Source of the DNA: Mobula hypostoma
Lineage: Eukaryota
NCBI RefSeq assembly: GCF_963921235.1
Contig: NC_086108.1
Span: 90,026,001 to 90,090,000, forward strand
Length of the DNA: 64,000 bases
Reading direction: 5' to 3'
Part shown: piece after piece, positions 1 through 11,950 of the stretch
Layout of the letters: the number at the start of each line of letters is the position of its first letter
Numbering within the stretch: the first letter of the stretch is position 1
Position numbers and translations under genes: made by a program
The notes under the pieces: generated by a model
Told to the model about the DNA's origin: nothing
The model's input: only the letters and a program-made list of their open reading frames with translations
The model's database searches: none

Positions 1-463
1 GTTAAGAAACTACTCACTCAATTAATTTTTTTAATATATACTTCACATTTTATTATTTTTGTACTACACGATACTGCTGCCACAAAACAACAAATTTCAC
101 GATAAATGCCAGTAATACTGAACCTGATTCTGATTCTGAGCTTCTTTCCCTCTGCCATCAGATTTCTGACCAGTCCATGAACACCACCTCAACTTTTTTG
201 CAACATGCGTGAAGTGCTGGAAGAATTCAACAGGTCAGGCAGCATTTATAAAAATTAATAAACTGTTGATGTTTTGGGCTGAGACCCTTCTGGTTGTGCA
301 GAATTTCTTGTGTCAATATTTTTACTCCCGTTTTACATTACTATATATTATATAATGTATATAGTTCTTATTGTAATTTATAGTATATTTATTGTACTGC
401 TGCTGCAAAACAACAAATTTCAGTCAGTGATAATAATAATAAAGCTGATTACAGAGCTGCACA

Positions 464-1378
464 AGAAACATAGAAAACCTACAGCACAATACAAGCCCTT
501 TGGCCTACAAAGCTGTGCCGAACATGTCCCTACCTTAGAACTTTCTAGGCTTTACCCATAGCCCTCTATTTTTTCTAAGCTCCATGTAGCCATCCAGGAG
601 CCTCTTAAAAGACCCCATCGTTTCTGCCTCCACCACCGCCGCTGGTAGCCCATTCCATGCACTCCCCACTCTCTGCATAAAAAAAACTTACCCCTGTCAT
701 CTCCTCTGTACCTGTTTCCGAGCACTTTAAAACTATGCCCTCTCATGCTAGCCATTACAGCCCTGGGGAAAAGCCTCTGACTATCCACACGATTAATGCC
801 TCTCATTATCTTGTACACCTCTATCAGGTCACCTCTCATCCTCTGTCGCTCCAAGGAGAAAAAGCAGAGTTCACTCAACCTATTCTCATAAGGCATGCTC
901 CCCAATCCAGGCAACATCCTTGTAAGTCTCCTCTGCACCCTTTCTATGGTTTCCACGTCCTTTCTGTAGTGAGGCAACCAGCATTGAGCACAGTACTCCA
1001 AGTGGGGTCTGACCTGGGTCCTATATTGCTGCAACATTACCTCTTGGCTCTTAAACTCAATCCCACAGTCGATGAAGAATGCACCATATGCCTTCTTAAC
1101 CACAGAGTCAACCTGCGTAGTAGCTTTGATTGTCCTATTGACTGGACTCCAAGATCCCTCTGATCCTCCACACTGTCAAGAGTCTTACCATTAGCGCTAT
1201 ATTCTGCCATCATATTTGACCTACCAAAATGAACCACCTCACACTTATCTGGGTTGAACTCCATCTGCCACTTCTCAGCTCAGTTTTGCATCCTATCGAT
1301 ATCCCGCTGTAACCTCTGACAGCCCTCCACACTATCCACAACCTCTGTGTCATCAGCAAATTTACTAACCCTTCATTG
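464..1378 (-). mobile_element. CR1 LINE, 5'-truncated 3' end (RT C-terminus and 3' UTR)
   Basis: ORFs 1037-1264 (MEFNPDKCEVVHFGRSN) and 552-1103 ([19 protein letters not shown]...ERVQRRLTRMLPGL) match the CR1 ORF2 C-terminus. CR1-type tail (catagaaaac) at about 464-480. Confidence 0.93.
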
Positions 1379-2423
1379 AAGAACAAAACCTTCAGCCTAC
1401 GTGTTGTGCTAAACATGATGAAGAATGAAACTAGATCACACTCTGCCTATCCATAATCTATACCTCTCTATTCCTTGCATGCTCATGGGTCAATAGACAC
1501 CATCCATTCTTCTCTTTACAACATATGCTAAAAATCAATGCTATATGCAGTATGCTTGGACATAATTGAGACCCATGGTTTATGGTCTGTCTCCAATTCA
1601 AAAGCTTGTCCATAGATGTACTAACATGCATATGTGCTGGCAAGAAGCTCTTTATCTGTGAATCTTCTGCACTTGTGAAATCCTTTGATGCCATGTGTCA
1701 TCTTACTGCTGTAATAGTACTCTCCAAGGCCATGCCGGGATGCATCAGCCGAGATTCTAGTACTCCCTTCCGAATGATAAAACTTCAGCATGGGCTCTTT
1801 AGTTTTGACTCTTTTCAGTGTCTGAAAACACTCTTCTTGCTCATGAGACCATATCCACTCATTTTGCTCTTGAAGGAGTGACCCAAGTGGTGTTGACACA
1901 GTTGACAGTCAAGGGAAGAACTTAGTCTGGTAAGTCACCATCCCTAAGAAACACTCACCTCCTCTTTGTTTTGGGGTATCTCCGTGTATTCAATAGCCGA
2001 TGTCTTTCTTGGATCAGGCTTCACTTTCTCTTCAGATATGACGTCTCTTACAAAGGTCAGTGTGTTAACACCAAACTCACATTTCTCTTTATTTAATTGT
2101 TGACTTTCTTTATTTAATTATTGACATTACATGTCACATCAAGCACTTGTCTCAGTCACGTATCATAATCATCCTTGGTGGACCCCAGACGACGATGTTA
2201 TCCATCATGTTCTTGACACCAGGTATGCCCTCAAGGATCATGTGAATGGTTTTATGGTAGACTTCTGGTGCGGACAGAATCCCATACAATAGCCGAAGAA
2301 AGCAATATCGCCCTGTGGTTTGTTAAGAAGTTCAGTCTCGAACTTGCCTCGTCAAGCATCATCTGCCAAAACACATATGACTCGGTGAGCTTGCTAAACC
2401 ACCTGGCACCTGCAAACCAAGAT

Positions 2424-2950
2424 CTATAGTTGTACCGTGGAGAGCATTCTGACAGGCTGCATCACTGTCCGGTATGGAGGGGCTACTGCACAGGACCGAA
2501 AGAAGCTGCAGAAGGTTGTAAGTCTAGTCAATTTCATGGGTACTAGCCTACAAAGTACCCAGGATATCTTCAGGGAGTGGTGTCTCAGAAAGGCAGCGTC
2601 CATTATTAAGGACCTCCAGCACCCAGGGCATGCCCTTCTCTCACTGTTATCATCTGGTAGAAGGTACAGAAGCCTGAAGGCACACATTCAGCAATTCAGC
2701 AACAGCTTCGTTCCCTCTGCTATCCGATTCCTAAATGGATATTGAATCTCCGGACACTACCTCACTTTTCTTTAATACACAGTATTTCTGGTTTTGCACA
2801 TTTTAAAAGTCTATTCAATATACGTAATTGATTAACTTGTTTATTTACTATTATTTTTTCTCTCTGCTAGATTATGTATTGCATTGAACCTCTGCTGCTA
2901 AGTTAACAAATTTCATGTCACATGCCGGTGATAATAAACCTGATTCTGAT
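2424..2950 (+). mobile_element. Rex1/Babar-type LINE 3' end inserted in the Gypsy RT region
   Basis: ORF 2437-2745 (ESILTGCITV..GGATAQDRKKLQKVV...SGRRYRSLKAH...NSFVPSAIRFLN) is the typical Rex1 C-terminus. Tail aataaacctgattctgat. Confidence 0.88.
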
Positions 2951-3490
2951 GATTTCCTCCCATGTTGACAATTTAAAATGGCATATCTTGATGGCTTTAT
3001 TGAGACCTCTTGGTCTAGACGTATCCAAAATGTTCCATTTTCCTTTTGCACAATGACCATGGAGCTCACCCAATCTGTTGGCTCTTCAATTACCTGTATG
3101 AAATTCATCCATTCCATGTGTGTTCATTCTTGTTTAAGATTGTCTGGAAGTGCAAACAGAACAAAAAGACAACAGGAGTCACTGCCTCATCTATATGAAT
3201 TTTCTGGACACCAGGTAAGCATCTGAGCCCCTTAAAGATACCTGGGTACTCTCCGATGAGTGTTGCGTGGTTATCTTTGGTCTGTGAAGCCACTATGAAA
3301 ACTCCTTTCACCAGGTTGAGCTTTTTACATGCACCCAGACCTAATATTGGCTGTACTCTCTTTTCTACAATCAGTATCTGTGACTTTAGGTACTGCCAGA
3401 TGTGCTTGAAGGTCACTAAACAGCCCACTTTTTACTGGAACATTCTCTCCAGTGTAGCCTGTTAGTTTTAACTTCACTGGGTAAATCTTG

Positions 3491-4623
3491 AAAATGCTTA
3501 AAGATATTAATATCGACAGAAGAGATCTAAGAATAATCAGGAATCTCTACTGGCAACAAAGTGCAGCTATACAGATAGACAATGAGATTGGTGAATATCA
3601 GCCAATAAAGCGAGGAGTCAGACAGGGTTGTGTTCTGTCACCAGACCTGTTCTCCCTCTACAGTGAAAACATCATGAGAAACATACAAGACCTACCTGGA
3701 ATAAGTATAGGAGGATACAATATCAACAACTTCTGCTATGCGGATGATACAGTACTGATAGCAAACAGTGAAGTAAATTTACAGAAACTAGTATCTACCA
3801 TCAACACAGAGAGCGAAAGACTTGGCCTAACCTTAAACAAAAAGAAAACTGAAGTAATGGTAATATCAAAGAAACCTGATAATCCCAAACTGTAGGATCG
3901 TATTGGGAAATGAAATCCTGAAACAAGTTCACAACTTCAAGTACCTTGGATCATGGGTAACATCTGATGGCAAATGCGAAACAGACATAAAAGCAAGAAT
4001 AGCACTGGCAAGAATAGCATTTACAGAAATGAGAAACATCTTAAAGAACAAGAAAATAGCAATTGACATCTGCCTTAGAACCCTCAGCTGCTACATTCTT
4101 TCTCTATTGATGTATGGGTGCGAGTCACGGACCATCACAAATGCAATGGAAAAAAGAATCAATGCAGCAGAGATGTGGTTCCTCAGATGAATGCTATGCA
4201 TATCGTACACGGACAGGATAACCAACGAAGAAGGTCTACAGAAAACAAAAGAAAACGTACCTTACCTAAAACAAAAATCAGAAAACAGCGATCAAAATTC
4301 TTTGGACACATCATGCGAAGAGACATTAGAACATTTAGTTACAACTGGAAAGCTGGAAGGAATAAGAAGCAGAGGCAAACAGAGAATGAAAATGATAAAT
4401 GGAATACGAAGGGTCTCGGCCTGAAACGTCGACTGCGCCTCTCCCTATAGATGCTGCCTGGCCTGCTGCGTTCACCAGCAACTTTGATGTATGTTGCGTT
4501 AATGGAATAACATCACGCCTAGAAACAGGAGAGGCAACAATTACAATTCAGACGGTCAGGGACTGTTATGGATGGAGAGACATGATTGCCCACGCTGAAC
4601 GGCAAGGCACCTGAATGAATGAA
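3491..4623 (+). mobile_element. RTE-clade (BovB-like) LINE, 5'-truncated, with 13-bp TSD
   Basis: ORF 3488-3895 (GVRQGCVLSPDLFSLY...GGYNINNFCYADDTVLIA) and 3903-4190 (FKYLGS). (TGAA)n tail at about 4612-4623. TSD tgggtaaatcttg at 3478-3490 and 4624-4636. Confidence 0.92.
4407..4500 (+). mobile_element. Penelope-like terminal-repeat fragment inserted in the RTE, with 9-bp TSD
   Basis: Sequence matches the Penelope repeat at 11863-11950. Flanked by aatggaata at 4398-4406 and 4501-4509. Confidence 0.88.
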
Positions 4624-6525
4624 TGGGTAAATCTTGCTCTTTACTGTGAGAGCCCTGTAATCATCCATAGACAATAGATTCACCTGGGCTCCTGTGTCAA
4701 CCTTGAATGGAATTACTGTCTTATTCATGTTACTGCAATGACCCATTCTGTTTTACCGACACCAGCAGTCTGTTGAGAACCCACAAAAGTTCCTCCATTT
4801 TCTCCTCAACGATGTGCATCTTCCACTTCATGGCCCCAGCTTTGCAGTACTTTGCAAAATGATTCTTCTTCCCACAACTATTGTGGACTTTCTGTAAGTA
4901 GGACACATCTTTGGAATGTTATTACCTCTACATCTGTTTTTTTTTGCTCCTTAAGTCTTCCTCTTTGCTGTTGCTTTGGGAACTGCTTTGTGCACTGCTT
5001 CTCTTTTTTCACGCATGCAATGTTGTGTTTGCTCTGTGCAGCTCCTCAGCTTGTGATCATGTGGTCACTGCTGCCCTACACGTTCACAGCCTTCTCCAGT
5101 GTCAAATCTTTTTCACACAGCAGTCTTTCTCTGAGTATATTATCTGGAATTCCACAAATTTATGCTGTCTCTAACTAGTGAGTTTCTCAAATCTCCAAAT
5201 TCACAGGACTTAGTGTGTGAGGCTCAGCTAAGTATTGGTCGAAGCTAACACCATATTTCTAATCACAAGAAAAGAACTTGTATCTCTCAAGAGTGATATT
5301 TTTGCTTGGGACAAAATGCTCCACAAATTTTGACATCAGCGCGTCCAACATAAAAGCTGTCTCATGAATTGGAAACCTATTATAGATGTCCAAAGCATCT
5401 TTGCCAATTACATGCAGAAAAATACAAGCTTTAAAATTTTCATTGGCCCCTCGTGCTCTGATAGCAGATAAGTATATATTGGATCGATGTTTGAAGCTGC
5501 ATAGATGCGGGAGAACTTAGCTTGTTCATGACGGAAACTCTCGGCCTCTCACCTAGATCTCTTTTGGTGAATCTGCTGACTGTTGAACTTTGGGAACAAT
5601 GTGGACTCTCACCTTGCTGGCAGCTTCTCTCTGTCTGAGCTCACCTGATGCTAGCACCTTTCATACTCATGCAGTCTCTTTCTCTGTCATGCACAGTATC
5701 CATTTACTTTCCATGCTTAGTCTCACACTACCTTCCGAAACCATGTTGTTAATAAAGACAAACCTGGCGTAGGTTTATGTTAGAACATATTATTATTGAA
5801 CTGCTGCTCTACCCAATACGCTCACAAGCAGTTCATCACCACAGCTTCCAGTTCCGGATGAAATCCTCGCATTGCCCACTGGGAACTAAATTTCTTTATT
5901 ATGTACACAAAATAACATAAACCCCTGTGTTAAAGTGTTGCAGCCTTTCTCCTCCATACACTTCGAGCAGCTTGTCTTGAATTGTGTCCTGTTGGCCATT
6001 TTTCAAGAAAACACAAAATATATATGAAAACATAGTAACAGAAGTAAATCACTTCATGCCTCAAATCAATACAACCATTCAATATAACCATGATTAATCT
6101 GCCCCAGCTCTCAGTTCCACTTTCTTGTCAGAGCCCCAAAGGCATCATTTCTCCAATCTTTCAAAAATTTACCTTGCTCTATTTTTAATGATCTATCCTT
6201 CACAATATTTGGGGGCAGCATATTCACTATCCTCTCTGAGAAGAAATTTCTGTATCCCATGGTTTTAAATAACCAGTCTCAAACTAGTGAAAACATCTCT
6301 ATCATGCTCCCTTTGGATCGTATAACAAAACTAATCCTCATTCTTCTGAACTCCAAAGAATACAGACTCAACTGTTTAGTTGCAATTGAGAGGACAGAAG
6401 AACATTAATTAATACAACTGTAACCCACTGAAATTGCTTTGTTCCACAGTTGTGAAATCAGCAAAAGGTCCTTTTCTTCCTTGCAGACTCACATAACTTG
6501 CAAGAATTAAAGAAAATGTGATATA

Positions 6526-6907
6526 CAAGGGGTGATTGATAAGTTCATGCCCTAAGGTAGAAGGAGTCAATTTTAGAAAAACTAGCACATATATTTTTCC
6601 TACATTTACACACTTAGTCCAGCGGTCATGGAGTATACGGATCCATTCTTTGTAGAAGTTGGTGTCTTAGACCTCCAGAAAGGGGTCCACAGCAGGGGTG
6701 ATCGATAAGCATACGGATCTTGGACCTCCAGAAAGTGTCCACAGATAGGTGATTGATAAGTCCGTGACCTAAGGTAGAATGAGATGGGTTATACAGCTCT
6801 CGTTACGTGCACGTGCAGGTCAACTCTTTGAGTGATTATGCAGAAAGTTTGAATTTAATAACTCATCTCCTTCTACCTTAGGCCACAAACTTATCAATCA
6901 CCCCTCC
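6526..6907. mobile_element. Non-autonomous mariner-type element (MITE)
   Basis: Terminal inverted repeats caaggggtgattgataagttcatgccctaaggtagaaggag / ctccttctaccttaggccacaaacttatcaatcacccctcc. TA on both sides. Internal TIR copies near 6698 and 6749. Confidence 0.85.
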
Positions 6908-7294
6908 TATTTGTAGAGTTGAACAAATAATGGAAAGAAACTAGCAACTAATCTTCCCAATGATCCCTTGAAAATATACAGGCTGCAATATTCCTGTTGT
7001 TTAACACATGTTTCCATTGTGTTAGGTGGAAAGAGAAGGGCAGGCTGGAATGTTGAGCTCCCATTTTTCAGCACTAACATCAAATTAGTGTGACACCATG
7101 ATCTGCCCGATCTGCATATTTTTGTCAGGAATGAGCTGTGGGCATCATCTTCAACAACAGGGTGTTTAGCATGATTTAAGGCAGAGGTGTGTGCCAGCAT
7201 ATCTGATGATATTTTTTCTCACAAACTACACCTGGGTATGAGAAAGCGCCATCACCACTTTTGAATCAGAATCAGGTTTAATATCACCGGCATA

Positions 7295-7908
7295 CAAAGG
7301 GTGATTGATATGTTCATGGCCTAAGGCAGAAGGAGTGAATTTTAGAAAACGTAGCTCATTTATTTTTCAACATAGTCCCCTCCTACATTTATACACTTAG
7401 TCCAGCGGTTGTGGAGCATACGGATCTTGGACCTCCAGAAAGTGTCCACAGATGGGTGATTGATAAGTCCGTGGTCTAAGGTAGAATGAGATGAATTATA
7501 CAGCTCTCGTTACATGCACATGCAGTTCAACGCTTTGAGTGATTGTGCAGAAAGTTTGATGTTAATAACTCATGGCCTTCTACCTTAGGCTACGAACTTA
7601 TCAATCACCCCCGATGAGTTATTAACCGATGAGTTATTAACTTCAAACTTTCTGCATAATCACTCAAAGAGTTGACCTGCATGTGCAAGTAAAGAGGGCT
7701 GCATAACTCATCCCCTTCTACCTTAGGCCACGAACTTATCAATCACCTCATCTGTGGACACTTTCTGGAGGTCCAAGATCCGTATGCTCCATGACTGCTG
7801 AACTAAGTGTGTAAATGTAGGAGGGGAATATGTTGAAAAATAATTGTGCTAGGTTTTCTAAAATTGACTCCTGCTACGTTAGGCCACAAACTTATCAATC
7901 ACCCCTGG
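7295..7908. mobile_element. Fold-back composite of the same mariner-type MITE, inserted at a TA inside a Rex1 3' tail
   Basis: TA at 7293-7294 and 7909-7910. The flanks rejoin as a Rex tail (atcaggtttaatatcaccggcata|tgtagtgaaatttgttaac). Arms about 7295-7573 and 7629-7908 are inverted copies. Confidence 0.85.
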
Positions 7909-8560
7909 TATGTAGTGAAATTTGTTAACTTTGCAGCTGCAGTACAACGCAATACATGATAAATATAGGGAAAAAACTGAATTACAGAACTAATTCCTTT
8001 GATTTGATTTCCATCATCTGATATTTGCATATCCACGTAATACTTGGAAATGCTTAGAGTGGAAAACCTTAGTAATTATAATTATTCACAGATCTCTATG
8101 GGTTTATTTAAATTCTATAAATAGTCAAATCTGAAATGCAGAGACTGTATTAGAAGTACACTGTAGTTTAAACTGAGCAGCATCTTATTTACATTAATAG
8201 GCAGAGAAGTCCATAGGCTAGTTAAAAGAACGCACACTTATATTCTTTTTATGTAATATTTGCTTTGTGATTGACATAAGAGCACAAGTTTTTACCCTCC
8301 CAATTTCCCATTGCATTTTTCCTCATGGTTAATTGCAGGTAGCAAACACTTTGATAAGACTCTAACAACATGATTCAAAAAAGCTTCATACAGGATTTTC
8401 TCTTGGAATTATAAATTGACTTAAATTGTTTGTATTCAGGCACTGTGTGCTCATATGTTGGTTTGTATCTAATATCTAAGACCAGAGTATAATTATACTG
8501 TGTCTTCTTCAGTGTTTATTCCAGCATTACTGAGGTAAATATGTAGTACCAAGATATATG

Positions 8561-9065
8561 CATTCAGTGTACACTGAGTGCATTTCTATACGTTCATGGT
8601 CTTCTGCAGCTGCATTCCATCCACTTCAAGGTTGTACATTCAGAGATGCTCTTCTGCTCACCACTGTTGTAATGTGTGTTTAGTTGAATTACAGTCACCT
8701 TGCAGAAGGCATTCTCCCCTGACTTTTCTCATTATTGAGGCAATTTCGCTACAGAACTGCTGCCCAATGGAATTTTTTTTTTCTTTCTTTTGCTTTTCGC
8801 ACCATTCTCCATGAACTTAAGAGACTGCTGTGCATGAAATTCCCAGGAGATCAGCAGTTTCGGAGATACTTAATCCACCCTGTCTGGACCCAGCAATCAT
8901 TCCACAGTCAAAGTCACTTTGATCACATTTCTTTCTGATTCTGATGTTTGGTCTGAACAACAACTGAACCTCTTGACCATGCTGGCATGCTTTTATGATA
9001 GGCTGATGAGGTATTTGCCTTAACAAGCAAGTGTACAGGTGTACCTAATAAAGTGACCACTGCTG
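8561..9065 (-). mobile_element. Tc1-family non-autonomous transposon
   Basis: ORF 8817-9026 (KKCDQSDFDCGMIAGSRQGGLSISETADLLGIS) matches the Tc1 transposase N-terminal HTH. TIR gtacctaataaagtgaccactg at the right end. Confidence 0.82.
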
Positions 9066-9399
9066 TATGTACAATTATCGTTGTTGAATATTGTTACTTT
9101 TGTTTCATGTCACGCTAACACACCACAACCGACTCCTAATACATGGAAATGTATATAGCAAATAAACTTAATTCTTCATCCTTGATTGTTCATAGTTCTT
9201 AACAGTTCTACATTTTGCTCTAAAATCCAAGAAATAAATGAGAATAATTGTAAAAGAAATAAAATGAATAGTTCAATGGTTTTTTTCAAGTAAGTGGACT
9301 TGTAGTCCCTCTTGAGAAAGGGTGATTTATTTCCTTTTAGTGATGTCAGTTTAGACTGTAGAGGCTAAATACTGCAAGATTGTTTCTGAGTAGGAAAGC

Positions 9400-9600
9400 C
9401 AAGCTTTAAGCCCCACTCAAAAATTATCAACACAAAATTTTGGCAGCTTCCTTTATGCACTACTGCACTGCGACACAAATGAGATATTAAATAGATGACA
9501 TTTACTTTTGTGGGCGGATATAATAGATATCATGGTGCAATTTGAAGTAGCTTAAGGAAGAAACCTCAAAATCCTAGCCAACATCAATTCCCCAGGCACA
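9400..9600 (+). mobile_element. Degraded DeuSINE (SacSINE/AmnSINE-like) core
   Basis: atgagatattaaa...ggcggatataatagatatcatggtgcaatttgaag...tcctagccaacatcaattccc resembles the Deu-domain consensus as I recall it (GATGAGACGTTAAA...GGTGGACGTAAAAGATCCCATGGCACTATTTCGAAG...GTCCTGGCCAATATTTATCCC). Judged by eye only. Confidence 0.55.
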
Positions 9601-11679
9601 GAACACTGCATCGTCTAGCATTACTACCTTATAGATCTAAGGACACGGGTTTAATCCAAACTCATGTTTCGTCTGTGTGCAGATTGCATTGTCACTGCAT
9701 TTATACTGGCTTCCCATTAGCTGATTGATGTCAATTGTATTTAGTGTATGAAAGTGGATAATGAATCCATGGCTGATGGACGGGGGGGGGTGGTATTTGG
9801 GGAAGGGGAAATGGGGCTGAAGAAATTTCTCAGCAGGATGATGACTGATAGGTTGAATGAGCTTGCTGTGTGTTGTAGTAATGAGCTCTTCATTAGGTAT
9901 TCTCACACAAGCATTGATGACACACAGCTCTTCCCCACGTGGCAATTGTCCACTTTAACACTGCAGTAGTGTTACCACATTCAATCCAGGGTGAACTGCA
10001 CCATTCCTCCACCAAGCTTCTTGTTTGAATGGAATTAATTGACTGGATGAACAGATAACCACTCACTTTTGTGGCTTCCCCTCCAGAACCAAAGTCTCCT
10101 CAACCTCAGGCATTGAGATGTAGTTTGCTAATGATGTTCACATATGCAGACATTTGGATGCTCAGCTCCAAATCAAAACTCACTTCACCACTGAGGAATA
10201 CAGGAGAATGGGGCTATCATTTTTAAAATAAATATTTATGTCCCCTAGAAACCTGCCCCCTACTATACAAAACTGCTGCCTTAACTTTGAAGGTTCATAT
10301 CAAAACCATGGAAAATGTGAACTGCCTTCCATTGTCTGAAGAGCCACCTCTAAGCAAAGACAGACAGCAATAATGAAACTCATCACTGTCTCTCGAGCAT
10401 GACCACAGACTTCAGCTAGCCAAGAAAAACCTCCACAACCTGGATTAACACACTGATGTCGTGTGGAGGCTTGCATGCTTCAAGGATTCCATCAAGCAAT
10501 GCTAACTGAGGGCCACGCATGATGGAATGGCTGTGGACAAGATGCCGTATAAAGATTGATTCAACCCTGGCTCCCAAACAGACAGACTTGTGCCTGCCCC
10601 TCCTGGGCCATGCCATATGAAACAACAACCAAGGAAAATAATATTGAAGGCCAGTACCTCAAGCTCAGCGTCACTTGTGGCCTATTTAGCTGCAATGATC
10701 TCTGTACCTCTGTATTCTTAAAAGCTATATATAACTGGGAGCAGACATTTTAAATTCATGAAGTTCTTCTAAGATCTTTCAAACTGGCAGCATATGGGAA
10801 ACAACGACTGTCTTCTCCCAGGTCGACATTGCCAGTGTCCAGTCTCTGACCAAGCTCCGAGCACCAGTGGATGGGCCATATGCACAAACATTATCTCACT
10901 CACAGAGGAGTAAAAGGCAAGTACCAATTTCCTCCACCTAAAGCTATTGTTTCCTGACTCAAATACTCTTTACTATTCATTGTTTCCTATTCCGTCTGGG
11001 CTATTATCAGATTGTTTGTCATCTGCTCATCCAATTTACTATGGTGCTGTAAGTACAGCTACATGTCCTCTTCATGACAATACCTACCATTTCAATAACA
11101 TTGGCTGCTTTTGCACTCCATACCCTACATTAAAGGCCATTGAACAGTGACAACCTGAAACTTTTCAAACAGTTCAAAAGTATTTACATTATTGAAATCA
11201 ATTAAAAAATGTAAATATGTTCAAAACATGTCATGCAATATAAATTAATTCAAAATAATCAAGTAAAATAAAGCAAAAAGTCACCAAACATTGAACTGCA
11301 ATTAACTGCTCAATCCAGGTCAATGACTGTTCAACATCTGGTAGCCACAGCTGCTGGAAGCTGAGAGGTCAGTTGCGAAATGTATCCTGTTTACCAGCTC
11401 TGCACACCTGAGCTCTCCCTGGGACTCAAACGCTGTGTCTAGCTGTGGAAAGAAAGGTTGTGTGTGGGAGCACGGGATCTCCAGCATGTCTCTCACTTTC
11501 ATGGTATGGTGTGCGAACATGGAAACCAGGTACAAGTTATCCCACGCAAAGCACTTCCCTGATAGTTCTTGATTGAAACTCTGGCAAGTGCTGAGTATCT
11601 TTCAGGCTATTGTATCCACTTACTCTGATATAACAGTAACATATTAAATAAGTACGTCAAAAGTCTGATAGAAAAAAAA

Positions 11680-11950
11680 TCCTCCCCCTTTTCCTTCTCC
11701 CTGGGCCTCCTGTCCCATGATCCTCTCATATCCTTTTTGCCAATCACCTGTCCGGCTCTTGGCTCCATCCCTCCCCCTCCTGTCTTCTCCTATCATTTTG
11801 GATCTCTCCCTCCCCCTCCCACTTTCAAATCTCTTACTAGCTCTTCCTTCAGTTAGTCCTGACGAAGGGTCTTGGCCCGAAATGTCGACTGTACCTCTTC
11901 CTAGAGATGCTGCCTGGCCTGCTGCGTTCACCAGCAACTTTGATGTGTGT
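11680..11950 (+). mobile_element. Penelope-like element 3' terminal-repeat fragment
   Basis: Near-identical reverse complement of 13225-13490, the terminal region of the RT/GIY-YIG Penelope copy. Confidence 0.88.
11855..11890 (+). ncRNA. Minimal type I hammerhead ribozyme motif in a Penelope terminal repeat
   Basis: AGTC-CTGACGA-A-GGGT(CTTG)GCCC-GAAA-TGTC-GACT. Shows the CUGANGA and GAAA core boxes, stem I AGUC/GACU, stem II GGGU/GCCC, a GUC cleavage triplet and a rudimentary stem III. Confidence 0.8.

Larger units (their letters stand above)
1488..5917 (-). mobile_element. Decayed Gypsy/Ty3 LTR retrotransposon (5' LTR, gag, protease, RT, RNaseH), interrupted by Rex1 and RTE insertions
   Basis: Protease FKVDTGAQVN (ORF 4519-4746), RT start EEPTDWVSSMVIVQKENG (2872-3117), RNaseH LKFYHSEGSTRISADASRHGLG (1621-1899). 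Putative LTR 5744-5917 reads TGT...ACA on the minus strand and is followed by TGGTTTCGGAAG, resembling a tRNA-Leu-type PBS (TGGTGTCAGAAG). Confidence 0.88.

Noticed and set aside
735..1163. Long antisense ORFs (also 21136-21699, 24183-24818, 54157-54561, 60079-60561)
   Set aside because: Opposite-strand shadows of CR1/RTE coding sequence, with no independent protein features.
4407..4434. Hammerhead ribozyme in the small Penelope insert
   Set aside because: 5'-truncated inside the core. It starts at CGA and lacks CUGA and the 5' strand of stem I, although GAAACGUC is intact.
6526..7908. Recurrent gtgattgataag...cctaaggtagaa units as a CRISPR-like array
   Set aside because: Units occur in both orientations with non-unique spacers and TA TSDs. 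They are mariner TIRs in a eukaryotic genome with no cas genes.
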